Assembly (NCBI GenBank): GCA_013289475.1 | Contig: JABCZW010000004.1 | Span: 3,596 to 67,595 of the forward strand | Direction of reading: 5' to 3' | From: Bacteroidota bacterium | GTDB lineage: Bacteria > Bacteroidota > Bacteroidia > JABEUT01 | Length of the DNA stretch: 64,000 bases | Shown here: piece by piece, positions 54,972 to 64,000 of the stretch | Numbering within the stretch: position 1 is the first letter of the stretch | Layout: each line of letters starts with the position of its first letter | The notes under the pieces: model-generated | What the model saw: only the letters and a program-made list of their open reading frames with translations | Told to the model about the DNA's origin: nothing | The model's database searches: none | Made by a program: the position numbers and the translations under genes

Positions 54972-56408
54972 TTATTGGTAATTACTCAGGGTAATTTTCT
55001 TTTCCAGTTCAAGTATATAGCCTTTAAAGCGCTTGTCAGTATCAATCAGGTTGTTCACTGTTTTGCATGCATGCAGCACAGTAGCGTGGTCCTTACCGCC
55101 ACATTGCAGCCCAATACTTGCAAGTGATGATTTGGTAAAGCTTTTGGCAAAATACATAGTTATCTGGCGAGCCTGTACAACCTCTCTCTTACGTGTCTTT
55201 GACTTGATCATTTCAATAGGCAAGCCAAAGTAATCGCACACTACCTTTTGTATATAGTCAATAGAAACTTCGCGGGCAGTGTTCTTCACAAATTTGTCAA
55301 TCATTTGCTTGGCAAGCTCCAGTGTAATAGCCTTTTTATTGAGCGAAGATTGAGCAACCAATGATATCAATGCACCTTCAAGTTCGCGAACATTGCTGTT
55401 AATACTGTAAGCAAGATATTCTACTACATCGCTCGATATGTCAAGTCCTTCGGTATATATTTTGCGCTGAAGTATAGCTATTCGTGTTTCAAGGCCCGGT
55501 ATTTGCAGGTCGGCAGCAAGGCCCCATTTAAAGCGCGAAAGCAGGCGTTGTTCCATACCTTCAATTTCTACCGGAGGCTTATCGGAAGTAAATACCAGTT
55601 GCTTGTTGTTTTGATGCAGGTGATTAAATATGTGGAAGAACACATCTTGTGTTTTTTCTTTTTTAGCCAGGAACTGTACATCATCAACTATTAACACATC
55701 TATCATCTGGTAGAAGTTGATAAAATCGTTTTGTGTATTGTTCTTGGTAGCATCAATAAACTGGGTAGTGAATTTTTCTGATGATAAATAAAGAACAGTC
55801 TTATTAGGAAGGTTATTCTTTATTTCTAAGCCGATAGCATGTGCAAGGTGAGTTTTACCCAGGCCTACACCACCATATATAAAGAGCGGGTTGAAAGATG
55901 TGCCACCCGGCTTTTGCGCTACTGCAAATCCGGCAGAGCGTGCAAGACGGTTACAATCTCCTTCAATAAAGTTCTCGAAAGAATAATTCGGGTTAAGCTG
56001 TGGTGCAACATCTACCTTCTTTAACCCGGGAATTATAAACGGGTTACGAATAGGGTTCTTATTAAGATCAATAGGAATATTAACAGGTTGTCCTTTTGCT
56101 GCCTGCTTGTTAGAGCCAGGAATTTTTACAGTGTAAGGTTTAGCATTGCGGGTATTCTCCATAACAATGCTGTACTCTAAGCGTGAATCAGAGCCTAACT
56201 CTCTTTTAATAGCCTTTTTAAGTAAAGTTATGTAATGTTCCTCAAGGTACTCGTAAACGAATTGACTGGGCACCTGTATGGTCAGTACATTATCTTTTAA
56301 CTTGATTGGCTTAATAGGCTCGAACCACGTCTTAAAGCTTTGTGGTGTCACGTTATCCTTGATAATCGTAAGACAGTGTTCCCAAACTTTAACGTGCGTT
56401 TTTTCCAT
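54972..56408 (-). CDS. dnaA: chromosomal replication initiator protein DnaA
   Basis: 478 aa. N-terminal W..CL..IK......F.TWF, the AAA+ motif GGVGLGKTHL, and a C-terminal DNA-binding domain (GGKDHATVLHACK). Confidence 0.97.
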   Translation of the reverse strand: MEKTHVKVWEHCLTIIKDNVTPQSFKTWFEPIKPIKLKDNVLTIQVPSQFVYEYLEEHYITLLKKAIKRELGSDSRLEYSIVMENTRNAKPYTVKIPGSNKQAAKGQPVNIPIDLNKNPIRNPFIIPGLKKVDVAPQLNPNYSFENFIEGDCNRLARSAGFAVAQKPGGTSFNPLFIYGGVGLGKTHLAHAIGLEIKNNLPNKTVLYLSSEKFTTQFIDATKNNTQNDFINFYQMIDVLIVDDVQFLAKKEKTQDVFFHIFNHLHQNNKQLVFTSDKPPVEIEGMEQRLLSRFKWGLAADLQIPGLETRIAILQRKIYTEGLDISSDVVEYLAYSINSNVRELEGALISLVAQSSLNKKAITLELAKQMIDKFVKNTAREVSIDYIQKVVCDYFGLPIEMIKSKTRKREVVQARQITMYFAKSFTKSSLASIGLQCGGKDHATVLHACKTVNNLIDTDKRFKGYILELEKKITLSNYQ

Positions 56409-56767
56409 TAGTTGATCAGAAGTATGATAGTTTTAACTGAATATATTTTACAATTTATTTCGTGCGATAATTTAATACTGGCAAAAAAAAGCAAATCATT
56501 TCAAATAAAAAATTTTTTATGCTCTTGTTTTTCTAGAAAAAAAATATATATATAACTCCTTTCTTTTGTATAATCTCTAAATTGCCTATAAAATCAAGCT
56601 TTTCAAAGATACTGATATTTTTATCGAAAAACAAAAATCAGGTCGCAATGATAAATAATAATTTTGTTCCGTAACAAGAATATTTTAGAAAAAATATTTC
56701 TTTGGCTTAATGTTAAACTTAAACAAATTCTACTATTTTTGACAGAATTAATCTATCGTATTATCAC

Positions 56768-57601
56768 ATGAAAAAGAATTTGTTGGTTTTTGGCTCCCTT
56801 ACATTAGCAGTAATGACAGGAGTGATAGGGTGTAAGAGCAATGATGGACCTGCCATGCCCCAGGATGAAGTAATTAAAGATAGTACCAAATCGGGTACCC
56901 TTAGTAACCTTAACCTTATTTTATCTAATATTCCTGCACCTTCCGCAATATCTAAAGAGTTGGTGAAGGAAGGTATCCAGGTTAATTCATCCATACTGAA
57001 CACACCTGATAAAGCCAGCAGTTACTCGGGTAATTTTGCACAGGCAATAAATATGGGTATATATGGTGCCGATATGGGTTACCTTGCCAGTTACAACCAA
57101 ATGCAGCAAGCTACTTCTTATCTAATACAAGTTGGTAAACTCGCTCAGGGTTTAGGTATTACTTCTGCTTACGACCAAAAGCTTATGGATCAGTTTAAGA
57201 GTGCTACAACAAACAAGGATTCAATTGATATTGTTATTCAAACTGCTTTTGACAGGGCTCAAAAAGAACTATATTCAAATAAACGCGCATCTACCAGTAC
57301 TATAATATTTGCGGGTGGCTGGATAGAAGGCTTATACATTGCTACTAATCTTGTAAAAGATGAGAAGAATGATAAGAACAAAGATTTATATAGCAGAATA
57401 TGGAGCCACGTTTATGCATTCAGTTATTTGCAGAAGGTATTGACTGATTATAAAGCCAGCAACCCTGATTGTGCTAACTTGCTTACCCAACTCCAGCCTT
57501 TGTTCGATGCCTCTTCGAAACTAAGCGATGGCGGACTATCATTAAATGATGTTCAGAACCTGAAACAAATAGTTACAGGCATTAGAAGCAAATTGATTTA
57601 A
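56768..57601 (+). CDS. hypothetical lipoprotein
   Basis: 277 aa with a lipobox (VIGC) and an otherwise helical, soluble composition. Confidence 0.6.
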   Translation: MKKNLLVFGSLTLAVMTGVIGCKSNDGPAMPQDEVIKDSTKSGTLSNLNLILSNIPAPSAISKELVKEGIQVNSSILNTPDKASSYSGNFAQAINMGIYGADMGYLASYNQMQQATSYLIQVGKLAQGLGITSAYDQKLMDQFKSATTNKDSIDIVIQTAFDRAQKELYSNKRASTSTIIFAGGWIEGLYIATNLVKDEKNDKNKDLYSRIWSHVYAFSYLQKVLTDYKASNPDCANLLTQLQPLFDASSKLSDGGLSLNDVQNLKQIVTGIRSKLI

Positions 57602-57620
57602 TAGAGTTATTCAAAAGGAA

Positions 57621-57648
57621 AGCCCCGCATTTTGCGGGGCTTTTTTAT
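57621..57648. terminator. rho-independent terminator between convergent lipoprotein and tolC-like genes
   Basis: AGCCCCGC-atttt-GCGGGGCT followed by TTTTTATTTT. Confidence 0.8.
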
Positions 57649-57668
57649 TTTCAGTAATAATAATGGAA

Positions 57669-58970
57669 TTACTTTACCAGTTGAGCTGCCAATTGAAGCA
57701 ATTGTGTTTCGCTTACCTTGGCATTATACCTGTCTGTTGCCACCTGGCTTCCTGCTGAAGCAAAACTTGTTTGTGCCTGTTGTAACTGAACTATATTGCT
57801 TGTACCTATTCTGAATTGTTCTAGAGCCACGTACACATTTTCCTTTGCAATAAGGAAATTATCTTCATCCATTTTCAATATTTTAATATTATCTTCATAT
57901 TGCTGGTATGCTACCAATAGTGCAGCATTTTCTTGTAATTGCGCCTGGCTAAAATTAAGCTTAGCACTCAATTCATTTATTTCAGCATTTTTATGCTGGA
58001 TGTTAATTATAGAGCCATTAAAAATTGTCCAGCCAAATGTCAATCCACCCGATATACCCTGCGATTGGTTAAGGAGAGCAAAACCTGCATTAGATTGTGT
58101 GCGAGACAGGCCATAGCTAAGTCCAAGGTTTAAAGTAGGCAATCGCATAGCATTTACTTCTTTCAAGCTATTTTCGGCTACTTTAATATTGGTTTGAGAT
58201 AACATTAAAGAAGGGTTCTGGGCTATCATGTTCTTCTTCAAACTGTCATAAACTAATGTTCTATTCATAGGAATAGAGTCACTTACCATATATGAGGTTT
58301 CAACCGGAAGCTCAATTAATTGGTTTAGTTGAACTATGGCGTTGGTAATGCTAACCTGTTGCCTGAAATAGGCCGAACGCTGAATATTATAACTTACTTC
58401 AGCTTGCAAAAAATTGAGTTTAGAGCCTGTACCGATTTTATACTGTTCATCGGCAATATCCATTTCTTCTTTATACAATGCCATATTTGAATCCAATACC
58501 ATTAGGAGTTCTTTTTGTTGAACTATATTGTAGTATGCTTGTATAACAGCCGCAATGTTATCTTGCATGGCTTCCTTTACATATAGCATTCCTTCATCTT
58601 TTAAAAGTCCTAATTGATCATAGGCAATAAACATCTTTGTTCCATCGAATAGTGTCCATGTTAGTCCTATGTTCGGAGCTAAAGTCGAAGAAACAACATC
58701 ACTTTTGTTAAGCTCTAAACCGGTACTATACTTTTGGTCTATGGTATTATTAGAACCACTATACCCTGCATTAAGTGAAATATCGGGTAGCATACCTGCT
58801 TCACCCGGTGCATGGTTATTTGAAGCTATTTGATAATTATTTTGGGCTATAAGAATATTATAGTTCTTTTTAAGGACTATGGCTATGGCACTATCAAGCG
58901 AAAGAAATGATTGTGCTGAAGAAGCTAAGCCTGAGGCAAGGAAAGCAAATAACAAGCTATATTTTTTCAT
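57669..58970 (-). CDS. TolC-family outer-membrane efflux protein
   Basis: Start set at MKKYSLLFAFLASGLASSAQS (signal peptide), 13 nt after the RND stop. The two-repeat coiled/barrel composition is typical of OEP-family proteins. Confidence 0.82.
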   Translation of the reverse strand: MKKYSLLFAFLASGLASSAQSFLSLDSAIAIVLKKNYNILIAQNNYQIASNNHAPGEAGMLPDISLNAGYSGSNNTIDQKYSTGLELNKSDVVSSTLAPNIGLTWTLFDGTKMFIAYDQLGLLKDEGMLYVKEAMQDNIAAVIQAYYNIVQQKELLMVLDSNMALYKEEMDIADEQYKIGTGSKLNFLQAEVSYNIQRSAYFRQQVSITNAIVQLNQLIELPVETSYMVSDSIPMNRTLVYDSLKKNMIAQNPSLMLSQTNIKVAENSLKEVNAMRLPTLNLGLSYGLSRTQSNAGFALLNQSQGISGGLTFGWTIFNGSIINIQHKNAEINELSAKLNFSQAQLQENAALLVAYQQYEDNIKILKMDEDNFLIAKENVYVALEQFRIGTSNIVQLQQAQTSFASAGSQVATDRYNAKVSETQLLQLAAQLVK

Positions 58971-58983
58971 AAATGCCATATAG

Positions 58984-61900
58984 TTATGCATTAGGAGTAG
59001 GTTCATGTTTTTTTGTCGGGCGTGCCATATACGTGTAAATGGCAGGTATAACAAATAGTGTTAATACAAGTGCAAACATTAGTCCGCCTACAATTACTAT
59101 TCCCAGCGATTTACGGCTTGTAGCCCCCGCACCTAATGCCAAAGCAATTGGTAAGGCACCTAATGCCATCGCCAATGTTGTCATAAGTATAGGGCGGAAT
59201 CTGGATATAGCAGATTGAATAACCGCTTCTCTCAATGGTAATCCTTCCTTTTCCTGCAATTGGTTGGCAAATTCAACAATAAGGATACTGTTTTTAGTAA
59301 CCAACCCAATTAGCGTTATTATACCAATTTCGCTGAAAATATTGAGTGTTTGATTAAAATACCATAATGAAATCAAGGCACCTGCCATTGCCAGCGGAAC
59401 AGTAAGCATTATTATAAATGGGTCAATAAAGCTTTCAAACTGGGCAGCCAGAATGAGGTATATAAGAACAAGGGCCAGTATAAAAGCGAATACAATGTCG
59501 CCCGAACTTTCCACAAAATCGCGCGAAGCGCCTGAAAGCTCAGTAGTAACACTACCAGGCAAATAGGCCTGCTTTGTTCTGGGGTTTATTGTTTTTGCTA
59601 ATTTGTTCATTTCGTCGATACCATCGCCAATAGTTTTGCCGGCTGCCGGAGTAGCTGATATGGTGGCTGATTCAAAACGATTGTAGTGATATAGCTGGGC
59701 AGGGCTTGCCGTATCTTTAATATGTAACAGGTTATCTAATTGTATAGCGTTGCCTTTAGAGCTTTTTACATACATAGATTGTATATCGAGCGGTTTTGTC
59801 CTGTTACCATTCTCAAACTGGCCAATTATTTTATACTGGTTGTTGTTCATGTAAAAATAATCGAAGCGCTGCCCACTAAGGGATGCCTGCATGGTTAAAG
59901 CAATATCACGGACAGATACTCCCATATCACTGGCTTTATTCCTGTCAATAGAAACATCAAGTTGCGGATGGTTAAACTTAAGATTTATATCAGGCGATTT
60001 AAAAACAGGATCTTTCATTACTGCCTGGTAAAAATCAGGAACAACATTTCGCAGATCCTGTAATGTGGGTGCTTCAATTACAAATTGTATAGGCTGGGCA
60101 AATTTACCTGAACCAATAGCTATAGTTTGCTCCTGTACTACAATTGCCCTGGCCGATGGGAAGCGTGGTAATTGAGAGGTGAGCATATTGGCAATATCAT
60201 TCTGCGACCGTTTTCGCTGGTCAGGCGGTACCAACACAATTCTGCAATAACCGGTATTTAATGCCCCTGAACCGGTAAATGAAGGCGAAGTAATAGTAAG
60301 GCATATTTTTCTTTCAGGTACTGTATTTTGAACAAGATTGTTAACCGAATCCATATAGGTATCGGTAAAATTATATGATGCACCTTCAGGCCCTGTAACC
60401 GTTACCCGCATTAACGATTTATCCTCTAAAGGCGCAAGTTCTTTTTGCAGGCTACCTCCAATAAATATTATAATAACAACACAAGCAGCAATAATAATTA
60501 AGGAAACCCACCGTATCTTCATAAACGAATGCAGCATATTGCTATACCAATTGTTCATAGCCTCAAAAAAGGGCTCTGAACGTTCGTAGAATTTACTTTT
60601 TTTATGATTCTTCCTGGCTAACTTAACATTCAATACAGGCGTAAGTGAGAGTGATACGAATGCTGAAATAAGCACAGCACCGGCTACCACAATGGCAAAT
60701 TCACGGAAGAGCTTTCCGGTAAATCCTGAAAGGAATATAATGGGAAGGAAAACTATTGCAAGGGTAATAGAGGTTGATACTACAGCAAAAAATATTTCTT
60801 CTGACCCTTTCTTCGCGGCTTCCATAGGATCCATGCCATCCTCTATTTTTTTATAAATATTTTCAGTTACTACTATACCATCATCCACAACAAGCCCTGT
60901 TGCCAATACAATACCAAGTAATGTTAAGATATTGATAGATAGGCCACCAACATACATGATAAAGAAAGCTCCTATAAGTGATACAGGTATATCTAAAAGC
61001 GGACGTAAGGCAATAAGTACATCACGGAAGAAAAGATAGATAATAATGATAACAAGAATGAAAGCTATAGCAAGGGTTTCTTCAACTTCAGAAATAGAAT
61101 TGCTGATATTTACAGTAGTATCTAATGCGGTATCCACCACAAAATCTTTCGGTATGGTCTTTTTAATCTGGTCGAGGCGTTTATAAAACTCCTTCGCAAT
61201 ATCAATATAGTTAGCGCCGGGTTGGGGTACAATTCCCAGTCCAACCATAGGACGCCCCGACTCTCTCATTATTGTTTCAAGGTTTTCAGGGCCTAGTTGC
61301 GCATAGCCAATATCTTTTACCTTAACAGTTTGTGGCCCGCTTGATTTGATAATAAGATTATTGAAGTCATCTTCAGTAACCAGGTTAGCACGTGTGTTTA
61401 CCGTAAGTTGTGTGGTATTCCCTTCAACACTACCTGCAGGAAGGTAAACATTTTTTGCAGTAAGCGCAGTTTGTATATCAATAGGAGTTAAGCTATAGGA
61501 AGCCAGCTTTGCTGGGTCCATCCAAATACGCATAGCATATTTTTTTTCGCCCCACACTTGTATGGTACTAACACCGGGAATGGTTTGAAGTGTATTCTCA
61601 ACTACGTTTTCAGCATAGTCGGTTACTTCCATGTCATTTTTTGTGGAACTTTTCAGTGTAAGTGCCAATATAGCATCAGAGTTAGCATCGAGCTTGGTAA
61701 CAACCGGTGGAGCATCTATATCGAGCGGGAGCAATTTTGTTCCCTGTGCCACTTTATCGCGTACGTCGTTGGCAGCAGTTTCCATATCGGTACCCAGGTT
61801 AAATTCAACCGATATACTGCTAAGCCCCTGTGCACTGCTCGAAGAAATATCACGTATTCCCTGCACACCATTTATGGCACGTTCAAGCGGAATGGTGATT

Positions 61901-62085
61901 TGAGATTCTATTACATCAGGGTCGGCACCGGTATAGTTTGTCTGCACCGAAATAACGGGAGGATCTATTGCTGGGTAATCGCGTATACCAAGCCGGTTAT
62001 AACCTATACCGCCAAATAGCACTATGGTAATAGACATTACCGTTGCCATTACCGGTCTCTTTAAACTTATGGATGAAAGACTCAT
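58984..62085 (-). CDS. RND efflux transporter permease (AcrB/HAE1-like)
   Basis: 1033 aa. The 12-TM, two-large-loop layout starts with MSLSSISLKRPVMATVMS, and DDGIVVTENI is present. Confidence 0.92.
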   Translation of the reverse strand: MSLSSISLKRPVMATVMSITIVLFGGIGYNRLGIRDYPAIDPPVISVQTNYTGADPDVIESQITIPLERAINGVQGIRDISSSSAQGLSSISVEFNLGTDMETAANDVRDKVAQGTKLLPLDIDAPPVVTKLDANSDAILALTLKSSTKNDMEVTDYAENVVENTLQTIPGVSTIQVWGEKKYAMRIWMDPAKLASYSLTPIDIQTALTAKNVYLPAGSVEGNTTQLTVNTRANLVTEDDFNNLIIKSSGPQTVKVKDIGYAQLGPENLETIMRESGRPMVGLGIVPQPGANYIDIAKEFYKRLDQIKKTIPKDFVVDTALDTTVNISNSISEVEETLAIAFILVIIIIYLFFRDVLIALRPLLDIPVSLIGAFFIMYVGGLSINILTLLGIVLATGLVVDDGIVVTENIYKKIEDGMDPMEAAKKGSEEIFFAVVSTSITLAIVFLPIIFLSGFTGKLFREFAIVVAGAVLISAFVSLSLTPVLNVKLARKNHKKSKFYERSEPFFEAMNNWYSNMLHSFMKIRWVSLIIIAACVVIIIFIGGSLQKELAPLEDKSLMRVTVTGPEGASYNFTDTYMDSVNNLVQNTVPERKICLTITSPSFTGSGALNTGYCRIVLVPPDQRKRSQNDIANMLTSQLPRFPSARAIVVQEQTIAIGSGKFAQPIQFVIEAPTLQDLRNVVPDFYQAVMKDPVFKSPDINLKFNHPQLDVSIDRNKASDMGVSVRDIALTMQASLSGQRFDYFYMNNNQYKIIGQFENGNRTKPLDIQSMYVKSSKGNAIQLDNLLHIKDTASPAQLYHYNRFESATISATPAAGKTIGDGIDEMNKLAKTINPRTKQAYLPGSVTTELSGASRDFVESSGDIVFAFILALVLIYLILAAQFESFIDPFIIMLTVPLAMAGALISLWYFNQTLNIFSEIGIITLIGLVTKNSILIVEFANQLQEKEGLPLREAVIQSAISRFRPILMTTLAMALGALPIALALGAGATSRKSLGIVIVGGLMFALVLTLFVIPAIYTYMARPTKKHEPTPNA

Positions 62086-62105
62086 AGCTGGGGTTGGTTC
62101 AAAAA

Positions 62106-63164
62106 TTAATAAACGCTTTTAAACTTTATATTACTTCCGGGATGCACCAATTGCAAACCTCGTGTAAGTATAGTATCTCCTTTTTTTAACCCTTTCACTA
62201 TTTCTACAGTTGAATCAGTCCTGATTCCCAAATCAACGGTTGAAGAGGTAACGATGCCATTTTTTGATGTATAAACCAATTGCCCACTGATTTGTGGTAC
62301 TATAGCTTCGGTTGGTATCATTAGGGCGCTGTCTGAATGACTTAATTCAATATTAATGTTTGCAAAGGCTCCCGGTAACAGGTGCCCATCTTTATTATCT
62401 GAAAGAGCACGAACGTGAATACTCCTTGTATTCTCATCTATTTTCGGATCAATAGCATATATCTTACCCTGGAATAAATTACTGTAACCGCTAACATTGA
62501 AATTTATCTGTTCGCTTTTCTGTACCTGGCTCTGGTATTTCTCCGGCACGAAAAAATCGATCTTTATGGGCGACGTTTCTTCGATATTTACCAGCACAGT
62601 ATTTTGCGATACATAGCTTCCTTCACTTATATTCCTGATACCAACAATCCCATCAAACGGAGCGCGGATATCGGTATAGTTTATTTGTACTTGTAACAGC
62701 TTAATATCAGCAAGTACACTGTTAAGGTTGTTCAAGGCAATATCATAATCCTGCTGGCTTATGCCATTAATGGCAAGTAGCTTTTTCTGCCTTTCTTCAG
62801 TAACCTGGGCTAATTGTTTGGCAACTTCATCTTTTTGTAACTGAGCCTGCAACTGGGCATCATCAATCTTAACAAGCATATCTCCCTTGTTTACGTGACT
62901 GCCCTCGGTAAAGTAAATATGTGTTATGACCCCTGCCAACTGACTCTGTAGTGTAACTTCTTCATTAGAAAGTACGCTACCTGAAACCGTTATTTGCTTT
63001 GCTATTTGAGAAGGTTTTACTACTCTTCCCTCAACTATTACTGCAGCCTGTTGCGCCTTCTGGTTTTTTTGTACGCCACTGGCATCTGTGTTACGCGGTT
63101 TAAAAATTACAAGAAGCGTTATTGCCGCAGCTATTACAATTAACCAAATCCATGTCTTTTTCAT
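62106..63164 (-). CDS. RND efflux periplasmic adaptor (membrane fusion protein)
   Basis: 352 aa with an N-terminal anchor, a coiled-coil hairpin (QLQAQLQKDE...) and barrel domains. Confidence 0.88.
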   Translation of the reverse strand: MKKTWIWLIVIAAAITLLVIFKPRNTDASGVQKNQKAQQAAVIVEGRVVKPSQIAKQITVSGSVLSNEEVTLQSQLAGVITHIYFTEGSHVNKGDMLVKIDDAQLQAQLQKDEVAKQLAQVTEERQKKLLAINGISQQDYDIALNNLNSVLADIKLLQVQINYTDIRAPFDGIVGIRNISEGSYVSQNTVLVNIEETSPIKIDFFVPEKYQSQVQKSEQINFNVSGYSNLFQGKIYAIDPKIDENTRSIHVRALSDNKDGHLLPGAFANINIELSHSDSALMIPTEAIVPQISGQLVYTSKNGIVTSSTVDLGIRTDSTVEIVKGLKKGDTILTRGLQLVHPGSNIKFKSVY

Positions 63165-63183
63165 AATTGAATGGGGTGGGGTG

Positions 63184-63645
63184 TTATGATATCTTTAAAT
63201 TCTTTATGTTTTTATAAATGATGTTAAGCCTGTTATGAAAGTCTTTGACGTCATCTGCGTTAAATTCTTTCATTATTGCCTTATTAATTGTGTTTACGGT
63301 TTGTTTTATTTCAGGCATATGTTTTTTGCCCTTAGCGGTAAGCTGTATCCAATATTCTCTCCTGTCGGTAGGGTTTTGGGTCCGTTTAATGAACCCTTTT
63401 TTGCCAAGGTCATCCAGTACACCAACCATCATGGTTTTATCGATATGCAGAGTATCGGCAATGAATTTCTGGCTGCATTGGCTGCCCATTTTGTCAATTA
63501 AAACAAGTACAGAAAAGTGCTTTTCGAGCCCTAGGTGTTTAAGCTTTTGAGCAAGCACAGAAAGATAGAGCCTGCCTAAGAGGCCAAACTTTCTTCCAAA
63601 AGAAAATTCTTCGATTTCAAATATTGAAACCTCTTTTCTGGTCAT
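63184..63645 (-). CDS. MarR-family transcriptional regulator
   Basis: Winged-HTH pattern (IADTLHIDKTMMVGVLDDLGKKGFIKRTQNPTDRREYWIQLTAKG). The ATG at 63645 is preferred over the tracked TTG at 63672. Confidence 0.82.
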   Translation of the reverse strand: MTRKEVSIFEIEEFSFGRKFGLLGRLYLSVLAQKLKHLGLEKHFSVLVLIDKMGSQCSQKFIADTLHIDKTMMVGVLDDLGKKGFIKRTQNPTDRREYWIQLTAKGKKHMPEIKQTVNTINKAIMKEFNADDVKDFHNRLNIIYKNIKNLKIS

Positions 63646-63669
63646 GGGGTTTGATTTAAAAAGAGATGA

Positions 63670-63712
63670 CAAATATAGTTTGTTTCATGAATAGTTGACA
63701 AACTAAACTATC
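63670..63712 (-). promoter_or_regulatory. candidate promoter and palindromic operator of the marR-RND operon
   Basis: The minus strand reads TTTG-N21-TATATTTG (the -7 box is the reverse complement of 63670-63677). Inverted repeats overlap it: TAGTTTGT (63676-63683) with ACAAACTA (63698-63705), and ATAGTTT (63675-63681) with AAACTAT (63705-63711). Confidence 0.45.
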
Positions 63713-63722
63713 ATAAAATATG

Positions 63723-64000
63723 TTAAGTTTTCCTGCTGATGGTGCTGTTCCTTAATAAAACAGAAACTTTTTTATCAATAGGAAAAGTAAACATGTCTTC
63801 TGATAATGAGTTAATTGGCAGCCACCTGAAACTCATGGCTCCTTCGCTTGCTTCTGCAAAATCAAAAGCCTTATCAGATGTGTGTATAGTATATGGTGAT
63901 GTTTCTTTTATAATATAATAGATACTTATAACCTGTGCTTTGGGGTTAAACGCCGAGGGTTGAAAGAAATCGGTTGTGTAAAAATGGTTTACCACATCCA
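63723..64000 (-). CDS. NUDIX-hydrolase-like protein, C-terminal part (5' end outside window)
   Basis: The frame is open to the window edge. The C-terminal ...FRWLPINSLSEDMFTFPIDKKV resembles Bacteroidota NUDIX-domain proteins. The assignment is tentative. Confidence 0.45.
   Translation of the reverse strand, partial: DVVNHFYTTDFFQPSAFNPKAQVISIYYIIKETSPYTIHTSDKAFDFAEASEGAMSFRWLPINSLSEDMFTFPIDKKVSVLLRNSTISRKT

Overview
This is an AT-rich chromosomal window that looks like Bacteroidota. It has T9SS C-terminal sorting domains, TAnnTTTG-type -7 boxes and long co-directional gene arrays. Nearly all of it is coding. Layout: (1) 1-2.9 kb holds an acyl-CoA dehydrogenase (5'-truncated by the window edge) and a fatty-acyl-CoA ligase. 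(2) 2.9-15.6 kb is a 12.7-kb minus-strand glycan-decoration array. It runs GT2 polyprenyl-phosphate glycosyltransferase, three methyltransferases (one frameshifted), three paralogous about 490-aa polytopic GT-C-like proteins, two AT3 acyltransferases, an epimerase and an AsnB-type amidotransferase. (3) 15.7-20.5 kb holds a LOG-family protein, uvrA and a LysM lytic transglycosylase. (4) 20.5-28.5 kb is a Wza/Wzc-type exopolysaccharide block with a WecA-like initiating transferase, rmlC, a GT4 glycosyltransferase and a second AsnB paralogue. (5) 28.6-42 kb holds fumarylacetoacetase, a PP2C phosphatase, T9SS cargo and secreted proteins, a PAS kinase with a LytTR regulator, a degraded repeat-protein gene, a LuxR-type regulator and a beta-barrel protein. 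(6) groES-groEL. (7) 44.9-47.8 kb holds an outer-membrane protein, a GT9 glycosyltransferase, a TP-methylase and an LMW-PTP. (8) 47.9-54.9 kb is an island in which five transcription units carry the same 64-nt promoter-like module with identical internal spacing. The units are a lipoprotein, CsbD, an AraC + hybrid kinase + response regulator operon, a DUF3494 ice-binding-like lipoprotein, and a lipoprotein plus lmo0937-like peptide. This looks like an undescribed stress-type regulon and is the most interesting signal in the window. (9) dnaA with an AT-rich upstream spacer. (10) A MarR-MFP-RND-TolC efflux operon and a 3'-partial NUDIX-like gene. I recognised no rRNA, tRNA, CRISPR array, transposase, integrase or phage gene. 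All family assignments come from reading motifs in the translated ORFs, because no database search was possible.
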